From: an uncultured Methanomicrobiales archaeon
GTDB taxonomy: Archaea; Halobacteriota; Methanomicrobia; Methanomicrobiales; Methanospirillaceae
NCBI GenBank assembly: GCA_963758915.1
Contig: CAVWXH010000012.1
Coordinates: 1 to 49,144, forward strand
Length of the DNA stretch: 49,144 nucleotides
Direction: 5' to 3'
Shown in pieces: positions 10,901 to 22,276 of the stretch (the first letter of the stretch is position 1; each line of letters opens with the position of its first letter). The notes beneath the pieces are model-generated. The model was not told the origin of the DNA and searched no databases. It was given only the letters and a program-made list of their open reading frames with translations. Made by a program: the position numbers and the translations under genes.

Positions 10901-11713
10901 CACATCCGGACATCGGAAGGGGTTCACCAACACTACGAAATAACCGGCAGCACCAGTTCATCGTTTACAGGTTGCAACTTCCCGGTGGCAGAATATCGAC
11001 CAGCACCCGCTTACCCTGAATGGCCCCGTACCCAACCCCCACACCGACGCAATCCGGTCCATACAACGTGGTCATCCAACCGGTTACACCGGGTACACTT
11101 CCCTACGATGCGTCATTCACCGGCAATACCCTCCCCGGAACCATGCAGTCCTGCCACTCGTATACCGTTTCACTGACCGTGAAAAATACCGGGACAGTGA
11201 ACTGGTCATCTGTAAACGGGGTGGTGCTGGTCTCATCTTCGACGAACGGATTCACCTTCGACCCCTCAAGATACCGCATTCCCGAAGGTGTAGTTGTGCA
11301 TCCCGGGGATTCCTATACATTCCCGGTGACCATCAACGTGCCCTGCCCGATGAGCAACGGTACATACCAGTCTGAAATTCGCACTCCGTTACACGGTTCA
11401 GACAAAAACGGGTCCGGTTGAAGTCCCATTCGGAGATGTCCTGACCCCCAGCGTTACAATTGGAACGACAACGGGCGCTAAAATGGGGACGAAAATGCCC
11501 ATTCAATCAACAACTCTTGCTGGTGGTTCATCAGGATCTACATCAAGGCAGTTTACAACAGTAATTCCCAATACAGAGGTCAGTAGCCAGGGAACAACCG
11601 CGATACCAGGGAACTACACCGGGAGCGGCAGAAACACGGTAACCACAACCGCTTTCCGGAATTTCAATGCAGTAACCGGGCTTCTATGGACGACATTCTT
11701 ACCAGACAAATAA
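7999..11713 (+). CDS. Large secreted right-handed beta-helix (NosD/pectin-lyase-like) surface glycoprotein with Gly-rich inserts and C-terminal Ig-like domain; several frameshifts after ~10600
   Basis: Signal peptide, Pro/Thr linker, many (S)NNNLTNNTA..N..G(F/I)YL repeats; C-terminal pieces 11020..11421 and 11483..11713 match the C-terminus of paralog 17214..18503; ATG 7999 preceded by gagg. Confidence 0.8.
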
Positions 11714-11734
11714 ATCCTTTTTTTAATGAAAATT

Positions 11735-11866
11735 AAAAAAGAAATTGTTATCTGTTCACTGAAAACACTATTAAATCAGGCTTCAATATCAGGGGGGTTT
11801 GCCTGAAATCACTTTAATGAGTGATTTGGAAACCTCCCTGGAACACTATGTGTGGGGGACCACTAA
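11735..11866 (+). promoter_or_regulatory. Conserved upstream/leader element, copy 2, with long hairpin
   Basis: Homologous to 7868..7998; gggggtttgcc/ggaaacctcc outer stem plus perfect inner stem aaatcact/agtgattt (11806-11813 with 11820-11827). Confidence 0.65.
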
Positions 11867-14800
11867 TTGATTCTGAATAGCAAGATCTATGGCTTAATTT
11901 TGGTATGCACGGTCCTATCCGTGCTATTTTTACCGGTTTTTGCAGAGAATGAAACGGTGACCGGGGGAGACCCGGGAACAATTGTGACAACCGGACCGAC
12001 GGTAATTCCTACAACGGTGCTAACGACAGTTGAACCAACCGTCGTTCCAACAACTGTTGAAGTCACGCCGGTCCCTACCGGGATCATTACGGTACAACCT
12101 ACGGAGACCCCAACAACCCTCCCGACTATCGTTGTCACCACAGAGGTTACCATTGAGCCGACGCTGATTCCCACAACCGCAGATGTCCCACTTATCCCGG
12201 AAAATTCTACAGATGTTCAGGGGACAACCGGCAATGAATCCATCATTAGCGCTATAGCACCGGCTGATGTTGCAGCAGTCACCCCTGGTACTGGTTCAAA
12301 TAGTACGATAGAATTGAACCAATCGTCCGGAAGCCCCCAGGGCGGTGGATTCGACCTCTCATGGACTGCAAACCTAACCGACCCCCCACTCAATACCACC
12401 AACCTCCAGGGGACTGAAGGAAGCCAGTACTGGGAGATCAATGCAACCACCGGTTCCAACGGCTATTATCCCCTCGACCTTGTCGGACTTGTCACCAATT
12501 CCCTGTTCGGGATCTGGATCCATGATGTCTCCAATGTAACCCTTGACGGGCTGGGCCAGACCCTCCAGTACAACGGCCCTGCGAACCAGGGTGCAACAGG
12601 AGTCGTGGTCAACGGGACGAACCAGAATATCCAGATCGTCAACCTGACCCTTCTCGGCTGGGATACGGGGATTTCGGTCGCCACCTCCAATAATGTGTAT
12701 ATCAGCAACACCACGATAACCGGGAACCCGGCATCCACCAGCGGCCCAGGTATCGTCGTTACGGACTCCCAAAACGTCTATATTGCTACTGAACCGTCCG
12801 CGGGGTCTGTAACGGTTCAGGGTAACGGGCAGAACGGGATTCTCTTCAACAACGTCACCGGCGGGCTGATCAACAATACCTGCGTGACGAACAACAGGGA
12901 CGGCGGAGTCAGCCTTACCTCTTCACGGGGGATCACGGTGCAGAATGTGACCGCCAGTGCAAATGCAGCGTACGGGTTCTATCTCTACAATTCGAGCGAT
13001 AACATCCTCATTAATAACACCGCGGACATGAACACGGGCAATTTCCTTCCAAGCGGGATCTATCTTGACGAGTCAGAAAACAACAAACTGACAGGGAACA
13101 ACGCGAGCGGGAACTCGCTGGGTATCTACCTCTGGAATTCTGGCAGTAACAACCTTACAGGCAACAATGCGAGCGGGAACACCGAGGATGGCATCAGGCT
13201 GGCATACTCGGACCTTAACCGCCTCACGAACAACACCGCGAATAAAAACACCGATAACGGCATTTTTATCTACGGTTCGGGCTACAATGACCTGGTAAAC
13301 AATACAGTAAGCGATAACGGGCGTTTCGGGATCTTACTAACCGATTGGAGCAACAACAACAACCTCACAAATAACACCGCGAGCGGGAACTTCAACGGCA
13401 TCGCACTCGGTGTTTCGAACAACAATAACCTCACCGGCAACATCGCGAGAGGAAGCGGCAACGCCGGGATCTTCTTATGGGGTTCGAGTAACGGGAACAA
13501 CCTGACGGGCAACCAGCTGATCGATAATTCCCGGGGTATCTACCTTTCCGGTTCAGGTTTCAACAACCTCACCGGGAACACTGCCACGGGGGGCTACAAC
13601 GCGGGGATCTACCTCGAATCAAGCAGCTCGAACAATCTTGTTGGCAACCATCTGACCGGGAACAACAGGGGGATTTTCCTCTCCGGTTCAAGCTATAACA
13701 ATCTTACCGATAACAACGCGAGCGGAAACATAGACAGCTGGTGGGACTCTTATGGCATCTGGCTTAACAGCGGGTCAAATAACAACAACCTTACCAATAA
13801 TACCGCGAACGGGAACATTTACGGTATCTATCTCTCCGGGTCGGGCAGCAACAACCTTACCAATAATACGGCGAACGGAAATATCGGATCCGGTACTACG
13901 GGTGGGACCGGGTTCCGGCTCGATTCCTCCAACAAGAACAATCTCACAAATAATACTGCCACCGGGAACAATTACGGCATCTATCTCTCCAGGTCGGGTA
14001 GTAACAACCTCACCAACAACACAGCTAACGGAAACACCGGTAGCGGCACCACTGGCGGAGCCGGGTTCCGGCTTGATTCTTCAGGCTCGAACAACCTGAC
14101 CAGTAACACCGCGAACGGGAACTGCGGGACAGTCGGGATTGCCGGTAGTACCCCTGGAGGGACAGGTGGCACTGGCGAAAGCGGTTATGGGTTCTACCTG
14201 ACCGGGTCGGATAACAACACCCTCGTGAACAACACTGCTACAGGAAACCTGGGCGGTAACGGGGGTAATGGAGGTATGATCGGGGATGTCCCCGGAGGTA
14301 CCGGGGGCACTGGCGGAAGCGGTTACGGGTTCTACCTGACCGGGCCAGATAACAATACCCTTTTCTATAACACGGCAACCGGTAACAAGGGTGGTGCCGG
14401 GGGTACTGGCGGTGGCGGTAGCGAGAGCAACCCCCAGGGAGGTACTGGTGGCGACGGGGGTAATGGGTACGGGTTCTACCTCAACGGGTCGTACCACAGT
14501 ACCCTCGAAGACAACAATGCTACCGGTAACCAGGGCGGCAGCGGGGGCAAAGGCGGTGACGCAAATCTCGCCATCCCGGGTGTTTTTGGGGCCAGGGGGG
14601 GCAATGGTGGAAGCGGTTACGGTATGTACCTCTATGAATCGGGCTATACCAGCCTCACAAGCAACTGTGCTACGGGCCAGTCAGGTGGAGATGCGGGCAC
14701 GGGCGGCCTCGGCACTCCGGGTGGCTCCGTTGGTCCGGATGGGAACAGTGGTTTTGGCTATGGGATCTACCTCAACGGTTCGTTCAACAACACACTCGAA

Positions 14801-17800
14801 CATAACACCGCGGACCTGAACCCTAATGATGGTATTTCCCTCGTTAGTTCTGTGAACAACACCCTCACAAACAACACTGCAAACTCGAATACTTACGGGA
14901 ACGGGATCGTCCTCTCTGCGATGAGCGAAAACAATACACTCTTCAACAACACCGCGAACTCGAATACCATTGGAACAGGCATCCGGATCTCCCAGTCCGG
15001 CAACAATACTCTTGTCAACAATACCGCGAACTCCAACAAGTATGGTATCACCCTCGCTGCTTCTTACAATACCCTCGTCAATAACACTGTCAACCTGAAT
15101 GAGCGGGGTATCCAACTCGACGGATCGGGATACAACCACCTTACCGATAACAACGCTGACCAGAACCAGGGGGGCATCTTCCTCCAGTTCTCTGAATTCA
15201 ATATCCTCTCCAACAATTCTGCGGACTCGAGTACATTGAATAATGGTATTACCCTCTTCTATTCCGGAAACAATACGCTCATTAACAACTCGGCGGACTC
15301 TGGCCTGGCCGAGGGAATCGTCCTCTACCTGTCGGGGAACAACACGCTCACCGGCAACTCCGCGAACTCGAACCCGGGCGACGGGATCCTGCTCCAGACC
15401 TACTCCAACAACAACACCCTTACAGGCAACACCGCGAATATGAATGGCCTCAATGGTATATTCGTCTCCACCCTGAGCAACAACAACAACCTAACCAGTA
15501 ACACCGCAACCGGGAACATTTTCGGCATCTCACTCTCGGATTCGGATTACAACAAACTCACCGGGAACAATGCCAGCTACAACGTTGGCAGTGGATCGGG
15601 TGGCGGTTTGTTGCTCCAGAACTCGGACTACAATATCCTCACGGGAAATACCGCTAACGGTAATTCCGGTGGTACCGGTGGCGATGGATTTGGTATCCTC
15701 CTTAAAGGCTCTGGCAACAACAACCTCACCGGGAATAACGCGAGCGAAAACGATTTCGGCCTGGCCCTGGCATTATATTCCCAGTCCAATACCCTTGAAA
15801 GCAACAACGTAAGCGGGAATAAAAATGGCATCTGGCTCGTCAACAGTTACCTGAATACTGTTACCGGCAACACGGCAAACGACAACACCGCAGATGGCGT
15901 CACGCTCCGTTATGCGCCAAGCAACCAGGTTATCGGAAACAACGCGAGTGGTAACACCGGAAACGGGTTCTACCTGGTAAGTTCGGATTACAACACATTT
16001 ACTGGCAATACCGCCTCGGACAATAGCGATACCGGGTTCAATCTTACAACATCCCGCACCAACACGCTGAATGATAACATAGCAAACAGGAATGTAAACG
16101 GGTTTGTCTTCGAGGGATCTACCTCGAACAACCTGACCAACAACACAGCCAATCAAAATTCGGGGGGTTCCGGTATTGGGGATGGATTCTGGTTCTATGG
16201 AGGATCTGACCGTAACATCCTTTCCCACAATAACGCGAACTCAAATGGTCATGATGGGATCTACCTCGTATCCTCTGGCGATAACATCATCATCAACAAC
16301 ACTGTGAAATCGAATATTCATGACGGCATCGCGCTCTACAGCTCAGGGAACAACAACCTCACCGGGAACACCGCGAACTCGAATTCCTATGGGTTCTACC
16401 TCAATGACTCGAACTATAACAACCTCGCCGGTAACACCGCAAACTCAAATAGTAATCATGGCGTCCACCTTCAATATTCGAGCAATAACAATATACTCAT
16501 CAACAACACCGCGAATGATAATGTGTATGGCATATACCTGGCCTCATCAGTTAACAACACGCTGGAGAATAATATCGCGAATAATAATGGGTATGGCATA
16601 TACCTGGCCTCATCAGCTAACAGCACTTTGACAAATAACACCGCGAATGACAATTGGAACAGGTATGGTATCTACCTGGCCTCATCACCTGACTGTACAT
16701 TGTCATACAACACTGCGGATACGAACAGGAGGTCAGGCATTTACATCATGTCTTCTGCGAACAGCAACCTGACGAACAACAACGCGAATGGGAACCGTAA
16801 CTATGGCATCTACCTATCCTCTGCGGCAAATAGCATGCTGGCAAACAACACCGCAAACGGGAATGTATACAGCGGGATCTCCGTGAGTTCATCGGGTAAC
16901 AGTCTACCTTCTGAATAACACCGCGAGCGGAAATACCGTATCGGGCATCTACTTCTGGTCGGACACCAGCACGTTATCAGGCAATAATGCAAATAATAAT
17001 GGGAATACAGGTATCTGGGTCGCGGGACAGAACAACACGCTTTCGGGGAATACCGGGAATGCGAACAAGTATTTCGGTATCTCCGTCGCGGGACCGGGAT
17101 ACACGCTTACCGGGAACACTGCGAACGACAACGGGTATAGCGGCCTCTTCGCGGGAGGGTCGAATAGCACGATCTCCGGGAACACTGCGATCAATAATTC
17201 CGATTCCGGCATCGTGGTCGGGGGATCGAATATCACCCTGACCGGGAATATCGCGAATGAAAATACCGACAGCGGTATCCTGGTCGGGGGGTCAAATATC
17301 ACGCTCTCGGCGAACACCGCGAATAATAACCACGTGCACGGCATTTATCTCGATAAAACAAGTTACAGCTCGCTCTCCGGGAATATAGTGAACAACAATA
17401 ACGAGGCCGGTATCTATCTCGATAATTCGAGCAACAACAACCTCACCGGGAACATTATTTCCGGCAGCGGAAATTATGGTCTCTGGCTCAATGGATCGAG
17501 TAACGACAACCTGATTTACAACAATTACTTCAACAACACCAATAACACCCACGTTTCTTCCGGAAGCACCGGAAACACCTGGAACATTACCCCCGTTAAT
17601 GGCACGAGCATCGTGGGCGGCCCGGAAATCGGAGGAAACTGCTGGGCAACCCCTTCAGGTACCGGCTGGTCGCAGACCCACCCGGACATCGGTATGGGTT
17701 TCACTGAACCCTATAATATCACGGGTTCATCGCTGAACGGATACCAAGTGTATGGTCCTCCCATGACGGTGCCCGTGAATATTGACTACCACCCACTGTA

Positions 17801-18503
17801 CCTCTACACACCAACCCCGGTTCCCACTCCGTCACCGACACCTTCAGGCTCTTACAGCGTGGTTATCCAGCCGGTTACACCAGGTACATTACCCTTCGAT
17901 GCATCATTCACTGGCAACAACATCCCGCAGAATATGGAATCCTGCCATTCGTATTCTGTTGGAGTGACGGTGAAAAATACCGGGACGATGAACTGGTCAT
18001 CTGCAAACGGTGTCGTATTGGTCTCAACATCCTCGAACGGGTTCACCTTCGACCCCTCAAGATGCCCGATCCCACCGGGAGTCGTGGTGCAACCCGGCCA
18101 GTCCTACACATTCCCGGTTACCATTACCGTGCCCTGCCCGATGAAGGACGGCACCTACCAGCTGCGGTTTAAGATGGCCTACACAGTCCAGACCAAATCC
18201 GGGCCGGTTGAAATCCCGTTCGGGGATTCCCTGGCAGAAAGCGTTACTGTCGGAACTTCTTCGACAACTGGAGTAAAATCCGGGATGAAAGCAATCACAC
18301 AGTCCAGCACCATTTCAGGTAGTTCAACAGGCTCAGTATCCAGGCAGTTTACGACCGTAATTCCCAATACAGAGGTCAGCAGCCTGACACCTGCACACGG
18401 ATACCTGGCCGGGAGCAGAACAAACACGGTAACCACAACCGTTTTCCGGAATTTCAATGCAATTACGGGTCTTTTGTGGTATTCCCTTCAATTGGATGAA
18501 TAA
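11867..18503 (+). CDS. Giant (~2200 aa) secreted beta-helix (NosD-like) surface glycoprotein, paralog of the upstream gene; one frameshift ~16905
   Basis: ORF 11867..16918 continues from 16911 in the frame of 17214..18503; dozens of parallel beta-helix repeats, N-x-S/T sequons, NLIYNNYFNN..WN...GGN.W cap motif, C-terminal Ig-like domain (VTVKNTGTMNW). Confidence 0.85.
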
Positions 18504-18635
18504 CTCTTTTTTCAATTCAGGTCTTTGTTAACTCAGGCAGGTTTCAGTCTGCTGTTTTCCGGTAACCGAAAACAACAAGCCCAACCAGTAGATACCGTGC
18601 GGTATAATTATCCCTGCACCCAAACATTCCCGTTA

Positions 18636-19871
18636 ATGACCGCACATAAAGTAATCCTCCTGGTGCTGGACGGGGTCTCGGACCGCCCCTGCCCTGAACT
18701 CGGGGGAAAGACCCCCCTGCAGACCGCACGCACCCCGGTCCTTGACCGCATTGCCAAAGAGGGTATATGCGGTATTATGGACACCATCGGACCGGGTATC
18801 AGGCCGGGTTCTGACACTGCACACCTTGCCCTGCTCGGGTATCCCCCTGAACAATACTATACCGGTCGAGGGCCCCTCGAGGCGGAAGGGACCGGGATCC
18901 ACATGAAACCCGGGATGATCGGGTTCCGCTGCAATTATGCCACCATTGACGCGGAGGGTACGGTAACGGACAGGAGAGCCGGTAGGATCCACGATACGGA
19001 TGCCCTGAGCAAGGCAGTCCAGGAAAAGGTCGACCTCTCCCGGTTCGGTGTCGAATTCGTCTTCCGTTCGGGAGCAGGCCACCGTGCAGCCCTCGCCCTT
19101 TCCGGGGAAGGACTCGGTGAGTGTGTCTCCTCGAATGACCCGAAAAAAGAAGGTGCCGTCCCGCCGGAGTTCGAAGCGCTCCGAGACCGCCCTGGAGATG
19201 AAAAAACGGCATTCGTGCTGAACGAATTTGTCGCACAGGCAACGCGGGTCCTCTCGGACCACACGGTCAACAGGGAACGGCTCGCACAGGGCCTTCCGCA
19301 GGCAAATGTCGTCCTAATCCGTGGCGGCGGGGAAATGGGGCATTTTGAACCGTTTAAAGAGCGGTATGGCCTTTCGGGGAGTGTTATATCTGCAGCATCA
19401 CTGATAAGCGGTATCGGCAAGGTAGTAGGCCTCCGGCATGTCCCTGTACCGGGTACGACCGGATCGATTAATTCAGACCTTGATGCCAAAGTAGCTGCCA
19501 CCATCCAGGAGTTACAGGAACAGGACTTTGTGCTCGTCAATATCAAGGGGGCGGACGAAGCGGGACACGATGGTCATGCAGGAGAAAAATCTGCCTTTAT
19601 CGAACGGATCGATGCGGCAATTGCACCCCTGACTGAAGTTTCGGACTGCCTGCTGGTCGTATGTGCAGACCACAGCACCCCCTGCACAATAAAAGACCAC
19701 AGTGCTGACCCGGTCCCGGTAGTGATAAGGGGTGACGGTGTCAGGGTGGACCGGGTGAGCCATTTCGACGAGTATGCCGTTGCCGAAGGGGGACTGCACC
19801 GGATCCACGGGTGTGACCTGATGCCGATTATCGAAGACCTGATCAACAAGGCGCACAAATATGGAGCATAA
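18636..19871 (+). CDS. apgM: 2,3-bisphosphoglycerate-independent phosphoglycerate mutase
   Basis: LDGVSDRP..L.GKTPL, PGSDTAHL, YTGRGPLEA, KGADEAGHDG, ADHSTP, HSADPVP. Confidence 0.95.
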   Translation: MTAHKVILLVLDGVSDRPCPELGGKTPLQTARTPVLDRIAKEGICGIMDTIGPGIRPGSDTAHLALLGYPPEQYYTGRGPLEAEGTGIHMKPGMIGFRCNYATIDAEGTVTDRRAGRIHDTDALSKAVQEKVDLSRFGVEFVFRSGAGHRAALALSGEGLGECVSSNDPKKEGAVPPEFEALRDRPGDEKTAFVLNEFVAQATRVLSDHTVNRERLAQGLPQANVVLIRGGGEMGHFEPFKERYGLSGSVISAASLISGIGKVVGLRHVPVPGTTGSINSDLDAKVAATIQELQEQDFVLVNIKGADEAGHDGHAGEKSAFIERIDAAIAPLTEVSDCLLVVCADHSTPCTIKDHSADPVPVVIRGDGVRVDRVSHFDEYAVAEGGLHRIHGCDLMPIIEDLINKAHKYGA

Positions 19872-19889
19872 CCTGGACGGTGCTGTTCA

Positions 19890-20729
19890 TTGAAAGCTGA
19901 ATTAATTCTTGGAATCGAGGGCTTCCGGTTCGTGGAGCCAACCTTTGCTGACCTTTCCGACGACCTGTGGACTGATATCCTGATCGCTGCACTGGGTGAC
20001 CAGGGGCGGCTCCTGATAGATGAAAAGGAGGACCCCATTGCATTTGCCATCGGGGACGGGTTCCGCTGGAACGTGGGTTCCTTCCTTGCACGAAAACCGA
20101 ACGCTGCACTTATCGAACGGTTTGAAGAGACCGCAGGTGAGATCTGGCAGGAAAAACGCGAAGTCTGGGCCGAAGCGGTCAGGGAATACTACAGCATTGA
20201 GGTGATCAATACTGTCGGGCCCGCGCTGGAGGACCAGAACCCGGACCGCCAGGCGATGGTGAACGAGTTGCTCGCCTATATCTGGGGCGATGAGGTGCCG
20301 GGAGTATGCCTTGACTGCTGCTGCGGGTCTGGTATCGGTGCCGTTGCACTACGAAAACTGGGGTTCTCGCCACGGTCTTATGATAACGATGCCTCGCTCC
20401 TTTCACTAGGTTTTTCGAAAAAACGCCTCATTCCTGAAGAGACTATGCTGATCGATGCAACTATTGCCAGCCAGTATACCGGTACTGCGCCGCACGGTCT
20501 CGGGCTGATGTTCGGCGATATCAACAATTTCACCGAGGCACTCTGGGAACAGATTACGGTCGAGTTGATCTCACTCACCAGTACTACCCTGATCACCGTG
20601 AGCACAGAAAAAGAAGCAAGAATTGTAGAGGAATGGGTGAAGTCCCGGGACAGGTCGGTCCGGGTCTTTGAGAATAAACGTGACCCGATATACGACCACT
20701 GGGTCCTCGATATCAGGCGGAAAAAGTAG
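19890..20729 (+). CDS. Conserved hypothetical protein with SAM-dependent methyltransferase-like motif
   Basis: CLDCCCGSGIG glycine-rich motif I followed by YDND; co-oriented with apgM. Confidence 0.7.
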   Translation: MKAELILGIEGFRFVEPTFADLSDDLWTDILIAALGDQGRLLIDEKEDPIAFAIGDGFRWNVGSFLARKPNAALIERFEETAGEIWQEKREVWAEAVREYYSIEVINTVGPALEDQNPDRQAMVNELLAYIWGDEVPGVCLDCCCGSGIGAVALRKLGFSPRSYDNDASLLSLGFSKKRLIPEETMLIDATIASQYTGTAPHGLGLMFGDINNFTEALWEQITVELISLTSTTLITVSTEKEARIVEEWVKSRDRSVRVFENKRDPIYDHWVLDIRRKK

Positions 20730-20745
20730 GAGTCTTGTCCCACGC

Positions 20746-21270
20746 ATGAACACTGCAGACGAACAGAAATCCCGCGATTACCAGGTGAGCCCGGGTGAAG
20801 GCGTAATGTTTCTGCCTTCACCTAGGTTGAAACTCCTCTATCTGACCTATCTCTTTTTCATAGTCTGGGCTGTCGTTATGCCGGTCCTCATGGTAATAAG
20901 CATCACATACCCCCCGTCGGTCAGTCTCCCGGTTTCAGTCGCAGCATTGGTCGTTGTCCTGATATCACTGGTCTGGGTCCGGAAATTCTACGGGTCTGTC
21001 AGGTACCTTTTCAGCTCCGGGAGGATCACGCTGTACCAGGGAGTCCTGTTTAAAAAAACAACCCGCGTTTCCTGTGACCAGGTACACAGGATCAGTACCC
21101 GGAGAGGGCCGTTCCAGCGCATTTTCGGTTTTGTAACGGTAGACCTGCTTACCACTGATCCCACTGCCCCGTCAGGCAGCCATATCCTCCTGTCAATCAA
21201 CGGTGTGGTGAAACCTGATGCTCTGGAGCAGCTGATAAATTCCTGCAGGACAGATAGGGTAAAAAGATAA
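20746..21270 (+). CDS. Membrane protein with bacterial PH (bPH_2/YdbS-like) domain
   Basis: Two TM helices followed by Y.....I...GV.......V....V..I...RGPFQRIFG pattern. Confidence 0.75.
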   Translation: MNTADEQKSRDYQVSPGEGVMFLPSPRLKLLYLTYLFFIVWAVVMPVLMVISITYPPSVSLPVSVAALVVVLISLVWVRKFYGSVRYLFSSGRITLYQGVLFKKTTRVSCDQVHRISTRRGPFQRIFGFVTVDLLTTDPTAPSGSHILLSINGVVKPDALEQLINSCRTDRVKR

Positions 21271-21472
21271 AACAGACCTTATGGTTTCCCGTGATACCTG
21301 GCCGCAATTCATCCGGGAGCGGGGTAAATGATGCCAGTTGCTTCAGAACTGCAGGCTTTTCCGACATTTCCGGTTTTCTGGATCCAGGCCCCAGCCTTGC
21401 CGGTTGTAGTTGCAATGATGAGGACCCAGGCAACCCAGGATGATTATTGTCTGGAAATCAGATATGACAGGG

Positions 21473-22276
21473 TTATTGCTTTTTCCCGTGTTGCATTTCC
21501 AGTTCGGTGATACTGACCGATGGGTTTCGGTACTGTTGTCTTTTTGCAGTCCGGGGCCCTGCCTGTATCGCTCCTGCAGGGCAGAGGTGGATACACCCGC
21601 AGCAGACCTCGCACCGGTCTTTCCAGACCGGCTTGCCCTGTTTGAGATCGATATTATCTGCAGGGCAGACTCTGACACAGGTACCGCAGGAGGTGCAGGC
21701 GCTTGTAACGCTGAATGTTTGGCCTTTATTACGGGCGTGGGAGGCAAACCAGGGATATGCGACGGAATGCAGAAGCTTGCCAAAGATGGCCATGCGGATG
21801 TCCTGGTGCTCGCAGCGTTCGATAACAGGAATGATCTTTTTGACCTGCTGGTCGGCAGATGCAAGGATATCGGCTTGTTTTTTCCCGACAGGTGGACTGT
21901 ACATTAAAATATAATTGCCTGGCATTCTGATTGAAAAACCGGCGTCCAGCCCGCGACCGTGACTACTCACGATGAGGTGGTCAAGCTGTTTCAGGGCCGG
22001 GCTGCCACCGCTTCCTCCAAGTGTGACAACTGCAAAACTATATCGGCAATGGGAGTAATTAACCCGGCTGGCGAATTCTGCAACCATAAGGGGCAGCCCG
22101 GAGAAGTAAACCGGGCAGACGATCCCTACGCGTTCCGCAACAGGTGTGATTTCTCCCGTCGTGTCCCTGAGTGATGCAATTGGCACCACCTCGCAGTCTC
22201 CCACTGCTGCAGCGATCTGCTTTGAAACTGCAATTGAGTTGCCGGTGCCGGAAAAATAATAGATAACCGTCTTCAT
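21473..22276 (-). CDS. EFR1-family flavodoxin/ferredoxin (flavodoxin plus 2x[4Fe-4S])
   Basis: YFSGTGNS, PVY, MPGNY, CTSCGTCVRVCP and CEVCCGCIHLCP. Confidence 0.92.
   Translation of the reverse strand: MKTVIYYFSGTGNSIAVSKQIAAAVGDCEVVPIASLRDTTGEITPVAERVGIVCPVYFSGLPLMVAEFASRVNYSHCRYSFAVVTLGGSGGSPALKQLDHLIVSSHGRGLDAGFSIRMPGNYILMYSPPVGKKQADILASADQQVKKIIPVIERCEHQDIRMAIFGKLLHSVAYPWFASHARNKGQTFSVTSACTSCGTCVRVCPADNIDLKQGKPVWKDRCEVCCGCIHLCPAGAIQAGPRTAKRQQYRNPSVSITELEMQHGKKQ

Noticed and set aside
7999-18503. Diversity-generating retroelement target (AAC-rich, duplicated segments)
   Set aside because: AAC richness reflects Asn ladders of the beta-helix; paralog differences are not adenine-specific; no reverse transcriptase in the window
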